Positions 24,560 through 37,899 of a stretch of 64,000 nt of DNA are shown here, one piece after another. The stretch is taken from assembly GCA_036172245.1 (NCBI GenBank), contig JAYWIR010000009.1, positions 2,108,001 to 2,172,000 of the forward strand, written 5' to 3'. A program made the translations under genes and the position numbers. Source of the DNA: Raillietiella orientalis (taxonomy: Eukaryota). The notes beneath the pieces were generated by a model. It searched no databases and had not been told where the DNA came from. It saw nothing but the letters and a program-made list of their open reading frames with translations. Each line of letters starts with the position of its first letter. Position 1 is the stretch's first letter.

Positions 24560-27500
24560 CATTTTCCTAACATGCGTTTAGCCTTCAGGCCTTGAGGATT
24601 CGTGGAGTCTTCGCTCATGAGAAAGGTTCGTCAGATCACGATTCAGATAATTTCAAGATGTATGTACACGTTGTAGCTAGCAAGGAGTTTAACTTTCACG
24701 TGCTTTAGAGCGAACCTTTCTGGCTGGTCAAGAACTCCCATACAGCTCTTTTTAAGGTGGGCAGCCTGCTGCTTCCTTCCATGGGGGTCGCTGATGGAGC
24801 GCTGCACCCTCTGCTGTGCTCGTGGGCCATCGCTTTCTCAAAGGACACGCGGAAGAGAACGCGCGTGAGCTCCTGCTGAGGTCATCTTCGGATCTTGTCT
24901 TGTGGGACGCTCGTCTCTGCCTTCGGTCACCATGGATTTAGCATCCCGCGAGTCTCCACCGAAGGCGTCGGACGCCGCGTGCCCCTGAGATTCCGACTGC
25001 GTGATGCAAGCGTGAAAGAATGGAAAATTGCATTGTGGATGGATTCCTCCTCTGTGCCTCAGAGGCCGTTCATGCACCGAGCTGAGAGAGGCCCATCAAA
25101 GACACAAGAAACAAGATATGTTCCGTTCTGAAGCCAGGCTCCAAGAGCTTCCAGTTGCCTGCAGCGATTCATCAGTCTGAAAACCGCGTAACTCTCCTGC
25201 AAAGGGTTTCCTAAGTCTTCCTCATTTTCCAGTGTGCCTTCACTATTTTGAAATTATGTACATCTGATAGCAAACGCTGTGTGGAATTCCTGCACGCTTT
25301 GCTTGCAGCGTGAGAACGCGCGGTGTCCATCAAAATCCCGAAAGATTAAAAAAAAAAAAAAAGGAAAATGTTTATAACATGGATTGCTTTAACATTCGTG
25401 AATTAATATTCAATTTTGACATAGATAGACTTAATGCTTATTCACATACACAGTATTGATATAATGAAGAATCTGTATTGATATATTATTAATATATATA
25501 TATATAGAGAGAGAGAGAAATTATAATATGAAATTATATAGGAATTATAATATATATATCATATGGAAATTATATAGAAATTGAAACTATATATATATAT
25601 ATATAGGGAGAGAGAGAAATTATATATGTATATATAGACACTAAATATTATAATATATGTATGTATGTATGTATACAGAGAGAGAGAGACTAATATATGT
25701 ATATATAATATTTATATATATATAATAAACGCATGTATTTATCTATGTTTTTTGATCTTTCGAAGAACGCGATGGCGTTATTTTTTATTTTATTATTTCA
25801 GAAATTTGCACCTTTATGCCCTGCGGGGATGCAGAACTCTGATGAAGATGAGCAGTGAGAGATGTGCAGTGAAGGACACGTTGGGAACCGTTGCCGTGGT
25901 TCCCCAGAGAAGGACGAAATTTTGGACGCGCGCGTGCTCTCCACTTGTTTCTGAAACTTCTATTTTGCACCTGGTTGGAAATTCATTCTTCCTGGTTTCT
26001 CTTCTTCCAAGATTCCTGAAACCATGGACGGTACCTGTTTTCAGGTTATTCATGGAAAACCACTTTGATTGCGGACCATTTGATGGATCAGTCGAGCCGC
26101 CTCCTTTTCGAAATTTCCAAGCTCTGAGAATTTCCCCGAGAACACCGGAGACCTCCTAATTGGGCTTACAGCTTTGCCGAGACGCAGCTTCCCCATTGCT
26201 CAATCAGCAGGCAGCTAAGAGAAAATCCTTTCCGTTCTTCTCCGCTCTTCTGAGTCCGCTAGACCGAAATCTCGAACTGAATTTCGGAGGAAGCACTTGA
26301 ACCAGAAGGTGAGAGGTTTCGGAACCCACCCTTTCAACCCACTTTTTCATCGCTTGGTTTTCCCGGATACCACAGCAACAAGGATGCTTGATCTTTCGTG
26401 AGCATCTTCGTCTCCCAGTGATTCGGTTCGTCCGGAGCCCCCTGCGTTGGATGGAGTTGCGTGAAGGCGTCCCCTTGATCCAAGAATGCAAGCAGCGATG
26501 ACCACGCCCTACAGCACGGCCCTCTTCCAGTTCCGAAAGTGCTCCCGCTGTTGCCAAACCAGGAGAAGTGGACAGATCCGAAGCATCTTGGATGACGCCG
26601 GTCGTACATGGTGGCTTGCAGCGCTAATTTGGGCTCGCTGACGCCTTTAACTCGGAAGCATCCGTTCCTGCCCTCCTCAACTTTGATCATCCCTGCACGG
26701 TGTGGCTAGCGTGGTGACTTCAACGTGCACCCTTTCTTGGGGCTCTAAGTGGTGCGGTCTCGCTCCGACGAGACCTCGACAGCATCCTGTCGAAGACCTC
26801 ACGAACACACTCAGCTGTTGAGCTCCGTATTTTCCCACATTCGGCTGGAAGGCCTTCGCGTTTGGTTCTACACCTGCCAGAGTCCAAGAAGCCGTAGGAA
26901 TTTTTCAGCGCATCGGTTTTTCGCACGTCATCCAATCCACGTGCCCTTGCATCCTAGTGGTCAAACACATGTCAAGTCTGTGATTCCCAAGAGCCTTCTC
27001 AGTTCGCAGGTCAGGAAGGTCTGTGCCGGGGAATTTTGACACTGCGTTCTCGGTACCGACTTCCGACTTCTTTCAGGCGCTTTCTTTCAGACCTGCAGTG
27101 GTTTGGGGTCACGACCTCCGACCTCCATGACTTCCAAGCTTACACGTCTGGGTTTGTGACCTTTCCCCGAGTTTCTCTGACTATGCCGTTCAGTTCGTCG
27201 AGCCTCAGGGTCGCCCTTGAAACGCAACCGATCTTCGCCATCCTTCTTTAGGTCAGTTGGCTGTGTTCCCCCGAAGGCTTCCATTTTGCGATTCGACACC
27301 GTGTCGGGCGGAAAGTCGAAATTTTGTAGCGTGGAGACAGCCAGCGTGCGTCTGCCAACCCAGCTTTTTCCTTGTCATTCCCGCGAAGGGAGAGGGACGG
27401 GGAAACACGGCCCCTTTCGGAAAAAGAAAGACGTCTGCGGTAAGAAAGGCCCAGCAGAACAGATAGAGAAATGCCCGTTGGCCTTGCTTCCCGCAGAGCA

Positions 27501-27600
27501 GGAGCTCAACCACCTTTCCTTCTTTCGGAACCATCGGCGATCGTCTTCAGACCCACTCGGACGTGCCGATTCACGAATGTCGCGTCCATCCACCATGGAC
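24560..27600 (-). mobile_element. Degenerate R2/NeSL-like non-LTR retrotransposon (RT region), split by foldback copy B
   Basis: Decayed RT motifs in order on the minus strand: GCFRVKGVSEPKLALQ...VHFSWFG...FGT (QxGF/GxxE/WxDxxNAFG), PLTFWF (PLSPxLF), LAxAD. Downstream FPFFHA segment. Confidence 0.6.
25332..25765. mobile_element. Foldback-like element, short copy B, interior replaced by TA/GA microsatellites
   Basis: Left end aaaatcccgaaagattaaaa. Right end gcatgtatttatctatgttttttgatctttcg is the reverse complement of the family terminal motif. Confidence 0.55.
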
Positions 27601-28513
27601 GGGACGTAGCCTCGTGTCGCTAAACTTCAAAGCGAACCACCTAGGGCGGTTGACAACATGATCCACTCGCAAGCATTCAATTCTCTGGGTGCTGTGGCAA
27701 CCCTGCTCACCCTGTCATCAGGTGTGTCTGCAACAAGACTTGTTCCTTCTTGTTCTTCTGCTGCTTTTAAACTCTGATCTTTCTCCTCTCAGCAGTTCAG
27801 TTCATTGCCAGGACGGGGAGACTGGTGGACCGTATCCCAGCTGCAGCAGCTTGAATTCGTGACCATTCTTGCATGGAACCCTTTGTTTTTGCCTCTCCAG
27901 ATGCCCTCATCTTCTTGAGGAGTGCTCAAAGGGGTGAGGACAAGAAGAACCTGGGAACGCCTCTCCTGCCCCGAATTCAAATTTCGGAAGTTTCCTTCAC
28001 TTTCGAAAATGAAACTCTTCACCCGGCTGATGGGGCTGTCAAAAAAAAGAAAAAGAAAAAAGGATCTTGATCCGGATGCGTTCCGATCAGCGAATTGAAC
28101 ACCTACAGCGTGCTTGTTTTATTTTCGTTTTTCATTTTATTTTATTTTTTTTCGTCACCCGATTCGAACCGCATCCCTGCAAAACGAAGTCCGCAGACGA
28201 TCGCTGTCTTGGGCTGCTCCAGATCGCCGTGCTGACTTGGCTGAAGTCGGTGCCCGCGGCGATTCCGGAAAAGGGTGGCTGCGACAAATGCAGTGCCGGA
28301 CTTGACCGGCTCGCGAACCCCGGAGGGGATTCCGCGGTCTTCCTTCTGCTGAATGCAACCAACTGCAACGTCTTCCCGGCGCTTCTTCCGAGGCGGCTCC
28401 AGGCGTGCGTCTGCCGCGGCAACCCTTCCGTGGGGCGTCGGTCAACACCCTGGTCGTGCGCTTTCAGCGTGCCGGAAGAGCGCATGCGTGACTTCCAGCG
28501 CCGCGCCGGTCCA

Positions 28514-29588
28514 CATCCCGAAAGACAGGCGGAAGTAAATACATATGCTTATTACATAACATCATGTACGGAGAGTGATACGTGTTCTGAAGATAGAAAA
28601 TGAATACTTGTGTTTCTTACATATATTAATATATGTATATAGGTAGATTTGTATATAGATTAACATGCGAATTTATTTTAACACACATATTTATTATTAC
28701 TTATTGATTTGTATATTATTAATAGCAATAGCATTTGAGCATGTATATTTATCAATGTTTCTTAATATGCATTTATTAATATAATCAATAACATGTTTAA
28801 TATACATTAATATATGTTATAAAAATAATAAAAATAAGTCTATATGTTTCTTTCTTATATATTTTCATATAGTTAATAGTATGTTTATTCTATATACAGA
28901 ATATTTTTTCAAGATTATAAAAAATTATACATGTGCATATTAGCATGTATATTTATTTATACATAAATTAATGTGCATATTTATTCATATAATGAATCAT
29001 ATGTATTAATAAATTACCAATATATATTTAAGTCTTTATATACGTTTGTTATATATATTTATATATGTGATAAATGTGTTCATATCGAATTATAAACATA
29101 TCTGTTCATTGAACGATGGAAATCCGATAATGCAATTCGTCATTTACTGAGAAAGTGTCATCCATTGAATGTTGGAAAGCATACGAAAACGAAATGCAAA
29201 ATTTGTTTGTCTTTTTTTAATTTATTTGTTTCTCTATTTTTTTCCATTATTTTTTTTATTGTCACTAATGTTTTTTTTATAATTCAATATTTACATATTC
29301 ATGTAATATATGTTCATTATAGGCATGAATATATATAGTGAACATGTAAATGTATCTTTGTAATCTTAATCTACATGTTAATTACATCAATAATATATGT
29401 TAATAAATTTTAATGAATGCGTGTGTTAAAATAAATTTGTACATTAAACTATGTATTATAAATATTTGATCAGTGCACACACATATATTTAATCGGACAT
29501 ATCCTTCCATATATATTACTCTCTGTATAAATATCAATATACATAGCAAATGTATTTATTTATTTTCAAGATCGTTCGAGATTTCGAA
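28514..29588. mobile_element. Foldback-like inverted-repeat element, copy C
   Basis: Left catcccgaaagac...taaatacatatgcttatt. Right end reverse-complements to ttcgaaatctcgaacgatcttgaaaataaat. Arms 28657-28696 and 29411-29450 are inverted. Spacer ~29085-29310 is homologous to the spacer of copy A. Confidence 0.8.
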
Positions 29589-29599
29589 CATCCCTTCCC

Positions 29600-31640
29600 A
29601 CGTCCACGCCGGAAGCCCGTCAGATGAAGAAGCACCACTGCCACGGAAGCTGGAAGCAGTACATCATCACAGCACCTCGCGGCCAGGACGCCATCTTGCT
29701 GGTGCAGTGGGGTTTCCACTGCAACCAGCGTAGCAACGTGGTTTCCAGGGGAGTTGCCTCCCCGAACCGTGGACGGTGCGGAGCAGCGGAAACGCTTCCG
29801 CATCTGCTCTTCGACTCCGGTGTCCTCCAAGGACCGTGGCGGAGGCTGGCCTCAGCTCTCCTGCCCCGGGGGTGGCACCGCAAGGACTTTCATGCGCCGC
29901 TTCTTCACGCCAGGCGGCCTGTCCTTAGGTGCGGCCATCGCAACGATCTGTTGCATCTGCGCCATCGTCACGGCCCGCCGCCAGTGGGAGTCGCAGACGA
30001 TTCTTCGAGAGGTCACCGGAACAGCCGACGACGGCATGACGTCGGCTGCCAGGTGGCCTCATGCTCCAGAAGACGTCAGGAAGGAGATCTCCGGCATCCA
30101 ACGCCGGTTCTGAAAGGAAGGAACGGCCGAAGACAAAGACCCCTGTCCCCTCCCCTCCCCACATGTTGATTTACTTTTTTTCAAAATATTCATTTGTGGT
30201 CCTCTCCCTCCCGTTCCGGACTTTCGGATTTACCGACTTGCGTGTCGGCGATCCCTTCCTCCGTACCTCTGCACCCTTTGTCTGGGAACTTCTGTTCTCG
30301 GATAGTTTAGCAATAAGCGCCCGGGTGGAAAACAGCACCTCGTGGCCATACAGGGGAATTCGCAACTCGAAGCTCTGCGTGATATTTCGTTTCTTTCTTG
30401 GTCCAAGACATCAGTGGTCTCGCGTAAGATAAACGAGGCCATCGCGGTTGCCAGCTTACATAACCGAATACTTGCGTGATGGCAGCTGCACCTCATGGCC
30501 AATCCGACCGCGAAGGAGTTTTTACAGAGAAAGCTTCGGAGCTCGGCGGATCAACAGAACTTCCGTTCGATTATCTTCGAACTCGGAGACGGACGAGGGC
30601 TGGAACAAGAAGCCGCAGGCGAAACTTGGATGTCTCCTCCCAAGAGGCAACCATCCGAGGCGAGTGCTGTACACCGCAGAACAACGAGAAGTTGCGTTGT
30701 GCGCAAGCGCCATTCGACGTGAACAGCCGTCGCTCGTCTTTCAGCGGAACGTTTTCCTTTTTCTTCCTCTTGTTTCCAGGGATTTTCTGCTCTTCTACAA
30801 ACACACCATCTCGGATGAAATATGGGAAACGAAAGAAATGCTCCTTCCATCAAAAAGGAACCGTGAATTTTTGGTGATCTTCAAAGATTCTGCAAACGTG
30901 ACGAAGGATGTTGAAAAAAAAGAGGATGGGCAAAGGATGAAGACAGCAAGGAAAAGAGAAGAGCAGATCTCTCAGGCGAGTCTCACAATAAGTGTTGACG
31001 AGAGGCGGCAGAACATGGAGCAAGGGAGCCAATGGCAACGAACCCGACTCCATGTGCTATCCACAGTGGGGGCACTTTCCGTGGATGCCGTTCCTGGAAA
31101 CGCTGTCATCGGGTCCGCTGAGCTTTTGCGGCTGGGTCAGTTCCGACAGTCCCAATTCATCCTCTCCAGGCTGCACGGCTGCTGTGCTCGTCTTCCTGGA
31201 CGTCGGGGACAGCACGTGGACTTCTTCTTCACGACTCCGTTCATCCTCGCAGCCGCGTTTCCGCCGCACAATCGCTGTGCCTCTTGTGGGTGGCGTCCAC
31301 CCCCCATTCACAGCGAAGACCCAAGGGGCGCCTCCTCCCCCACCAAGCCAGGAAACGCCCACGGCTCAAGACTGCACAAGTTTCTGGGAGGTTTTCAAAA
31401 TCCTCGAAGCATTCATTGCTCGGCAATCGGTTCTTTGCATGCGCTGGCCGCATCGAGCTTTCTTCCCCATCCTTCGTCCCTGTGTGTGTTTGCTTACCGT
31501 TGGTCAAGGGCGCTCGAAGGTGTGTCCACAGCCACCATCCAGATCGTCTTTTTCTACTCCATTTTGCACCGACGCGAGCAGACTCCGTCACGGACCGCAC
31601 ACTCTCTCCAGGGGTGCCGACCTACGAAGTCCTTCGTGAT
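29600..31640. mobile_element. Degenerate non-LTR retrotransposon fragments
   Basis: CpG-rich. Minus 29600-30130 resembles the post-RT region of RLE elements (QWCFFI*RA). Plus 30450-31640 has an AQAPFDV (AFD-like) remnant. The long ORF 30448..31677 is not a coherent protein. Confidence 0.35.
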
Positions 31641-31643
31641 CAA

Positions 31644-32680
31644 GATCCCGAAAATCAAAAGTCCCGGGAGATCATGAAAGATATATGGAATTATTATACA
31701 TATTAATATACACATTTGTATATAGATTCATATCTATTGTGAAGGTCATCTAGAATAAATATACATGCTTAAAATTAATATATATGATTAATATACGCAT
31801 TGAATTTAACGTGCACATTTTTTATATTCATTAAAATACATATTACTGATATAATTTATGATATGTTTCATGTATATTAATACATATTATAAAGATTATA
31901 AAAAATAAATAGATGTGCTGATTATGTATATTAATATGTACTTTTATATGTAATCAATATATGGATTAATATATAGCATTAAGCCTATAAATATATGCCT
32001 GTGTTCAATTATATTAATGTCAATATAAATAAACACACGATATTAATATGATTAATAACATGTTCATTATATATATTTATATACAGATTAGTGTGTAGAT
32101 TTTTAAAAAAGATTATAAAAAAATGAATAAGTATTTCTATTTGGATTAATATACAATAAATATAGATTCATATGACATATGTGTTTATTATAGATGTTAA
32201 TATTATTTATAATGTGTGTATTCTATATATTTATCTATAAATTATTATATTTTTGAAGATAACGAAAAAATATGCATGCTTATTATATGTATTAATATAT
32301 ATTTATACGCATAATGAAAACATAGAAGATAAATATCTAAATATCGAATAGAAAACCATGTATGTTTATCAACCGATCGACACCCGAACAATGGAAATCG
32401 GCAATTTATGATATATTGATATATAATAAACATATTGATAATTATATTAATGTATGGTGTTAAATATGTGTGTGTTAATAATAGTGGTACTCATAATACA
32501 TATGCTAATAAATACGCAAAAAAAATTTTTTTTTAAAAAATCGTTCATTAACATACCTAATAAGCACATATATATTTTATAATCTTTATCGTGTATATCA
32601 ATCCATATGTAAATATATGGAATAAACATATTTATTTATTTTCAAGAATGCTCGTGATTTGTTCGGTCGGGATTAAGATC
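31644..32680. mobile_element. Foldback-like inverted-repeat element, copy D
   Basis: Left gatcccgaaaatcaaaagtcccgggagatcatgaaag, right atttattttcaagaatgctcgtgatttgttcggtcgggat. Subrepeat ataaagattataaaaaataaatagatgtgctgattat (~31890) is inverted at ~32550-32590. Confidence 0.75.
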
Positions 32681-32749
32681 ATTTATAGATTAAGATTTAT
32701 TATAGATACGAAAGGAACTGAAGCCCCCGCTCCAGAGACGCGTGGCCTC

Positions 32750-33635
32750 GGGCGGCCACGCATTGCAAAGCTGCGCTTCCGTGGGCCACGAACGTCAGTT
32801 CCTTCGATCTAAAATTGCTCAGTAGCCGTTGCCCCCACCCCCATTCCGTCTTCCCTTCCCGTTTTGCAAAGCTCTGCTTTCCCCCGGTGTTCCCCCCCCC
32901 CCCCCTTCGATTTCTGTTTACTTTCCTGAACTCTTTCGACTTTTGCGCGGATTTATCACTCGCGGTGACGCAAGATCCAGCCACACGCAGCGGCGAAAGC
33001 ACTGCGGGGGCCGCAGGGCCCCAACTCGTTGACTCCGTTTCCAAGTTCCCCGAACCCGCGGACTCGCACGCGCGGGGACCAACCGACACACGTCCATCCC
33101 GGATGACCGACGTGTGTGTCCGTTCTGCGCCAATGGATGCGTCGCCTTCTGCCCTGTGGTTGACGAAAAAGCTTCTGGGACGCTCTGAAAGCCCTCTTCG
33201 TTGCCGACGCCCTGTGCTCGTTAGCAGCCCTGTGCTGCCTACGCGGGATCGTCGCCGCCTGGAGCAAGGCTACGGGAGGACAACGCGACCAGGGTGCCAT
33301 CCAAGGCGCTTCCCAATTCCTGAGGAGGGCGTTGAGATGGCCCCACCTGGATCCGCGAATACAGCAAGAGCTTTCCGGCATCCTGAGAAGGATGCAACGG
33401 CCCCACCAGCTACAGTGACCCTTCCCGTACCCTCCAACTTTTTCTTTTCTTTTTGTTTTGTTTTTTTTTGTTTTTCCCCCTTCCCCCTGCTGCCGTGGTG
33501 GACCGTACCGGTCTGCGAGCCGGTGACCCGGCAGGCTCTGTGTTTCTTCGTGCGTGGCTGGAGCAATGGTCCAGCCACTGCACGTCTTTCTTAAAGTTTA
33601 TTGTTTCAATAAACGCCCCGGAGAAATCCGGGTGA
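32750..33635 (+). mobile_element. 5'-truncated 3' end of a Tx1/L1-like LINE (copy 1)
   Basis: 33334-33633 aligns by eye with 34201-34508 and with the 3' end of the LINE at 60868-61184 (gatggccccacct, T-rich tract, gctgccg..ggacc, terminal cccgg hairpin). Confidence 0.7.
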
Positions 33636-33689
33636 AAAACGAAGAAGCTTCTTCCGCGGAAATCTCCGTTCGATGTTCAGAATGCTGTG

Positions 33690-34510
33690 TGGGGGGGAAT
33701 CCACGGGAGCGATCTCCGCGAACTCGTCGAAGAGCTTTTACAACGGCAGGAGCCCCAAGCCTGCGCGTTGTTCCCTGTTGTTCCTTGTGCGCTCCCGCGT
33801 TCCTCCCTTCTCTCTTCCCTCCTTTCGCTTCCCTCCGTCCTGGCTCCCGTTTGGGATCCGGAAGGACAGCGAGGGATTCCGCTCCCTCAGGCTCGGAAAT
33901 TTTCATTGGTGCTGCACCCCCTTCCGGTCGGGATGAAATCCGTCGACGCGCGGGCCCATCAGCTGGTAAATCTTCGCTCTTCCGGAGAAGGGTCGTTGCG
34001 ATCTCTTCGTCATCCCTGCTTCACGGAACTGACGTCTTTGATGAAACTTTCGAGTCGCGCCAGACTCGTGCTGCTTCACTCTCTTGAAATGCTTGACAGC
34101 GGGGCGGAGCGGTTGCAGGAGTGGCGCGCAGGAGGAAACTTACGGGAATGGCGACGGCGAGTCCATGAGCTCCTGGATCGAGCTGTCGAGCTGTCCGCGC
34201 CGATGACCCCACCTGGATGTAAACATGCAGTTAGACCTTGCCGACATCCTGGAGAGGATGGACCGGATTGCCAAAAGCAGACAGTGATCCCTTCCCGTAC
34301 CCTCCAAACTGCATTTGTTTTTATTTTTTGTTTTCTTTTCTTTTTTCCCCCTCCCCTCTGCTGCCGTGGTGGACCGCGCCGGTCTGCGTACTGGTCAGCG
34401 ACCCGGCACGTCTCTTTGAAAGTGGGCGTGGCTGGACCGCTGGTTCAATCCTATCACAGTTTTCTCTGTGATAAGCTTATGAAAATAAACGCCCCGGTGC
34501 ACCCGGGTGG
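33690..34510 (+). mobile_element. 5'-truncated 3' end of a Tx1/L1-like LINE (copy 2), head-to-tail with copy 1
   Basis: RKFSLVLHPLPV...LRHPC is a zf-RVT-like remnant. Same 3' UTR, with AATAAA at 34484 and the terminal hairpin. Confidence 0.7.
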
Positions 34511-35499
34511 AACTCGATCCATCTACGCGTGGACTAATGGGAGGGAAGGGGGAGGAAAGAGAATTCAGGGATATGAACATCAATGAAACGGATGCTGAGC
34601 CCCTCTTGGCGAAAGCCGTCCAATCTGTATCAAAACTGGGAATCCTGTGCACTTCGCAGCTTTTGCAGGCCCAGATATGCAAGTCTGTCCGAGGTTCCAC
34701 AGGACAGTAAAGCTATGCATGAAAAGAGGCCTCTAGCGCGTTATCCCCTGGTCAACCCAGGAGGGTCTGTATGCCGCCGTGTTTGTCTGCTCCCGGTCTG
34801 TTCCTCCTTCCTCCGAGATGCACGAACATCTGAGATGCTCTGGATGATGATGAATGCTGCCTCCTGCCTCGCAGCGTGGAGTGCCTTTCCGGAAATGCAA
34901 ATTTCCCGCTGCGCTCGTTCTGAACGCCGTTCTTTTGCATCCGCGAAGAATTTCGGAGGAGGTGGAGGCAATACCACCCAATGAAAAAGAACGGGGAAAC
35001 CCGTTTCTCGAACCTCACCGGACCAACAGGAGTAGGGGGCCGTGGCATTTGTAAAAAGGGGGGGGAAGAGATGGAAAAACCTATCCGATCTGTTGGACGT
35101 TAAGGGGGTCATTTCGTAACAGCATGTCCGTTGGTCTGCAGCTGTCTCAGTTAGATAGCCTCGTGATGATGTTTCAAAGACTCCTGCAGAGCCTGACCTC
35201 CACGTTCAGGAATTCCTGTTCCGAAATTTCACCTCACTTGAGGCCAGCAATCATCTTTTCCCCTTATGCTGAGTGGTAATCTTGCAAGACGTGGTGATGG
35301 TGGCGTGGGAGGTCTCCGTGGAGAGCCTTCTACGCAAGGGACGCTACACGCAACGTTCCAAAAGTGCAATCAGAGCCAACTGAAGCGATTCATCATGACT
35401 CTGCCAAGCAACGCAGAGTGACCTAAGCGTCTGCTTCGGTGGTTTGTGTATGGAATGATGCAAGACAGAGAAAAGAACCATAGAGACAAAATCGGAGGA

Positions 35500-36900
35500 G
35501 CGTTAAGTTTTCTTCCGCCAAAGAGGCATCTTCCTGACGATAGGAGGCACCATCACGACTAGGGGCATTTCAGTTTCTCTAACTCATGCTGACACCGAAT
35601 GCCGTTTCTCGACCGTCTCGCTTTTCCGAGACCTAAGCAATGGTAATTCTGGAAACTTTACTTTGGGGTAGAGCTGCGCACGTCTCTGTTTTTCTCCTGA
35701 CTTGAAGCCTGCGATTCAGGGCGTTCCTCCAAAACAGCGTTCACTCTCTCCCAGGTGAACAACCAGATGCCTCTGCGACATCCTGGTGCTTTGCCGTCTT
35801 CCCGGAACACCGAAGGGGGACATCCCCCGCAAATAGCCAACTTCAGTCAGTTCAGCATCCGTTTCCGAGTAGCAGCACGTTTTTGTCACGAGCAGACCCT
35901 TGGGCAGCGAGCACAGAGTTCGTCAGGCTTTCCTGCGTGTTCCAACACGGAGTCAAAGCAAACACAGGTGATCAAAGCAACTTTACCGGTGACACCATAG
36001 GTTCCAAATTCATCTGAAGATCAGGTGCGCGAATCGAACACCGGAGAGGAAGTTTTTGCCCGAAGAAAATTCACCGAGTAAGAAGAAGAACCAGGAGACA
36101 TAAATCTCGTAAGCATCGGCTCCACCGGGTCATGGAGGAAATCGAAACTTTCAGCCGGACGAATCCAATGCCTACCTCGTTTTAGGGAGGTGCAGCAGCC
36201 CGGATGCGAACATAATAGGAGAAGTTCAGCTCTTTGAGGAATTGGGCTCAATATAGAAAGCCCTTACTAATTCATCAAATGGGGTTTTGGTAGTGGGGTT
36301 CTTGTTCACGAGAAGAATGTTCACTCAGTTGAACTTTTGCTCAGTCAGCTCATCAGAAGAACGGGATAATCAGAAACCAAATGAGATGTCATGCTGACAT
36401 CAGTCGCTGTTATTAGAGTCGGACTCTGCTCGAACCCGAGGATTCGATCTACCATTAAGATTCTGGGACTGTCCTTCGGGAAGTTGCCATGTTCGGGTTG
36501 TTCGGGATGAGCACCTGGGCGCAGGTACGATGCTTGCCTGACGGAATGACCGGACGGTTTTCCGAGAACACGTTCTAATTTTCTGAGCAAATGGGTTGCT
36601 TTGCAAGAGAGCGGGTGCACTCTTTCCACGGAAGCGCGGAGGCTGTCGCGACACGAACGCTGCAACACGAGCGCTCCGCTGTTCTCCAGTTCGTGTGGGG
36701 GGATCTTGGTGGGGGGAGAGATAGGCAAGAGCGGTTGGAAAGGCGCTTTCGAGAGAAACGTCACCATAGCTGTTTGCAAACAACAGGCTGGGTCGTGACA
36801 CATCTCTTACTATTATTTTGCAACGAGCTTCTTTTTCTGAAACGAAAAAAACCCCGTGACGTACGAAGACGCGTCACTCGAGATCTTTCGCAAACAACGC
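35500..36900 (-). mobile_element. Degenerate non-LTR RT remnant
   Basis: Minus-strand NWRT (NWRPI-like), followed in order by decayed AFD-, QGxPLSP- and YADD-like segments. Confidence 0.45.
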
Positions 36901-37899
36901 GATATGCTCTTTGCGCAAATGGCGCCCTGAAAAAAGAGTTTCTCGAGCCAAAACTTGTGAGGGAAAAACGGTCCTTGGCATTTCCGAAGAGTCACCGAAA
37001 GAACAGAATTTCAGAAGTTTCTCTGCCTTCTGAGAAATGATAATGGAAAATGCACTAACCGTAATGATTGTAGGCACGGAGCTAGCCTGTGGGGCAGGTT
37101 CTAGGAATGAATCTTAGATTCTCCCTCGCGACCCGGGTGTGCACTGTTACATAAAGATGTTCAATGTTAATGAAACTGTTGAATGAAATGCGAAATCCCC
37201 CTTTCAGTCAGCACGGACACAGTCGTTCTCGAAACCGGAAGCAGTCCGTTCTTCCAGGAGGACAACCGCCCAGCACTGCAGTCCGTCGACCTCTTTCCTT
37301 TCCTCACCAACCTAACCCTGCGCGAGGATGGCACGCGAAATCGTGAGGAGTTCCCGACGTTTACCAGCCTAACCTGAACCTACTTCTTTACGAAGTGGGC
37401 TTTCGCTCACAACGGGAGGGAGTGCCGGCGCCATTCGGAAAATTCTGGCTCTGAAACGACCGCAGAACTGGCGCTTTCGGGAACAGTCGAGTGGTCAGTC
37501 CAAACTAAGGAACACCTGATGTGGAAGATGCGGCTTTCTTTCTGCGAGGTTTCTGTGAAGACATCCACAGGTGCGTGGTGTGGTGATTTCAAGCTCTTTA
37601 GCAGCGCACGGAAAATTTGATCTCCGTGAGAGAGATTATTGGTTTGCTTCAGCAATAGGAAGCGAGCGTGTGTTCTCAAACAGAATTTGAAATCGCCGAT
37701 TCATGAGAGCCACGTGAACAACATGGCAGCGCCCAATACGGAGTCGCTGAATCAAAAGCAAACTCAGGAAGCATTTCAAGAACTCGGAAGGCTCTGCAGT
37801 TTCCATGTAGTGTGTGCACAGCTCAAGATCGTGCGGTTGAACGTACACCGAGCTTTGGAACACTTCCATTATCACGAGTCATTTTCGTCCTTCCAACAC

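Noticed and set aside
30448..31677. 409-aa ORF as a real gene
   Set aside because: No coherent domain. It lies in GC-rich decayed retroelement DNA where long overlapping ORFs occur in all frames.
33550..34452. tRNA/Pol III A- and B-box-like strings (tggctggagcaatgg, ggttcaatcc)
   Set aside because: No cloverleaf, and they lie within LINE 3' UTR copies.
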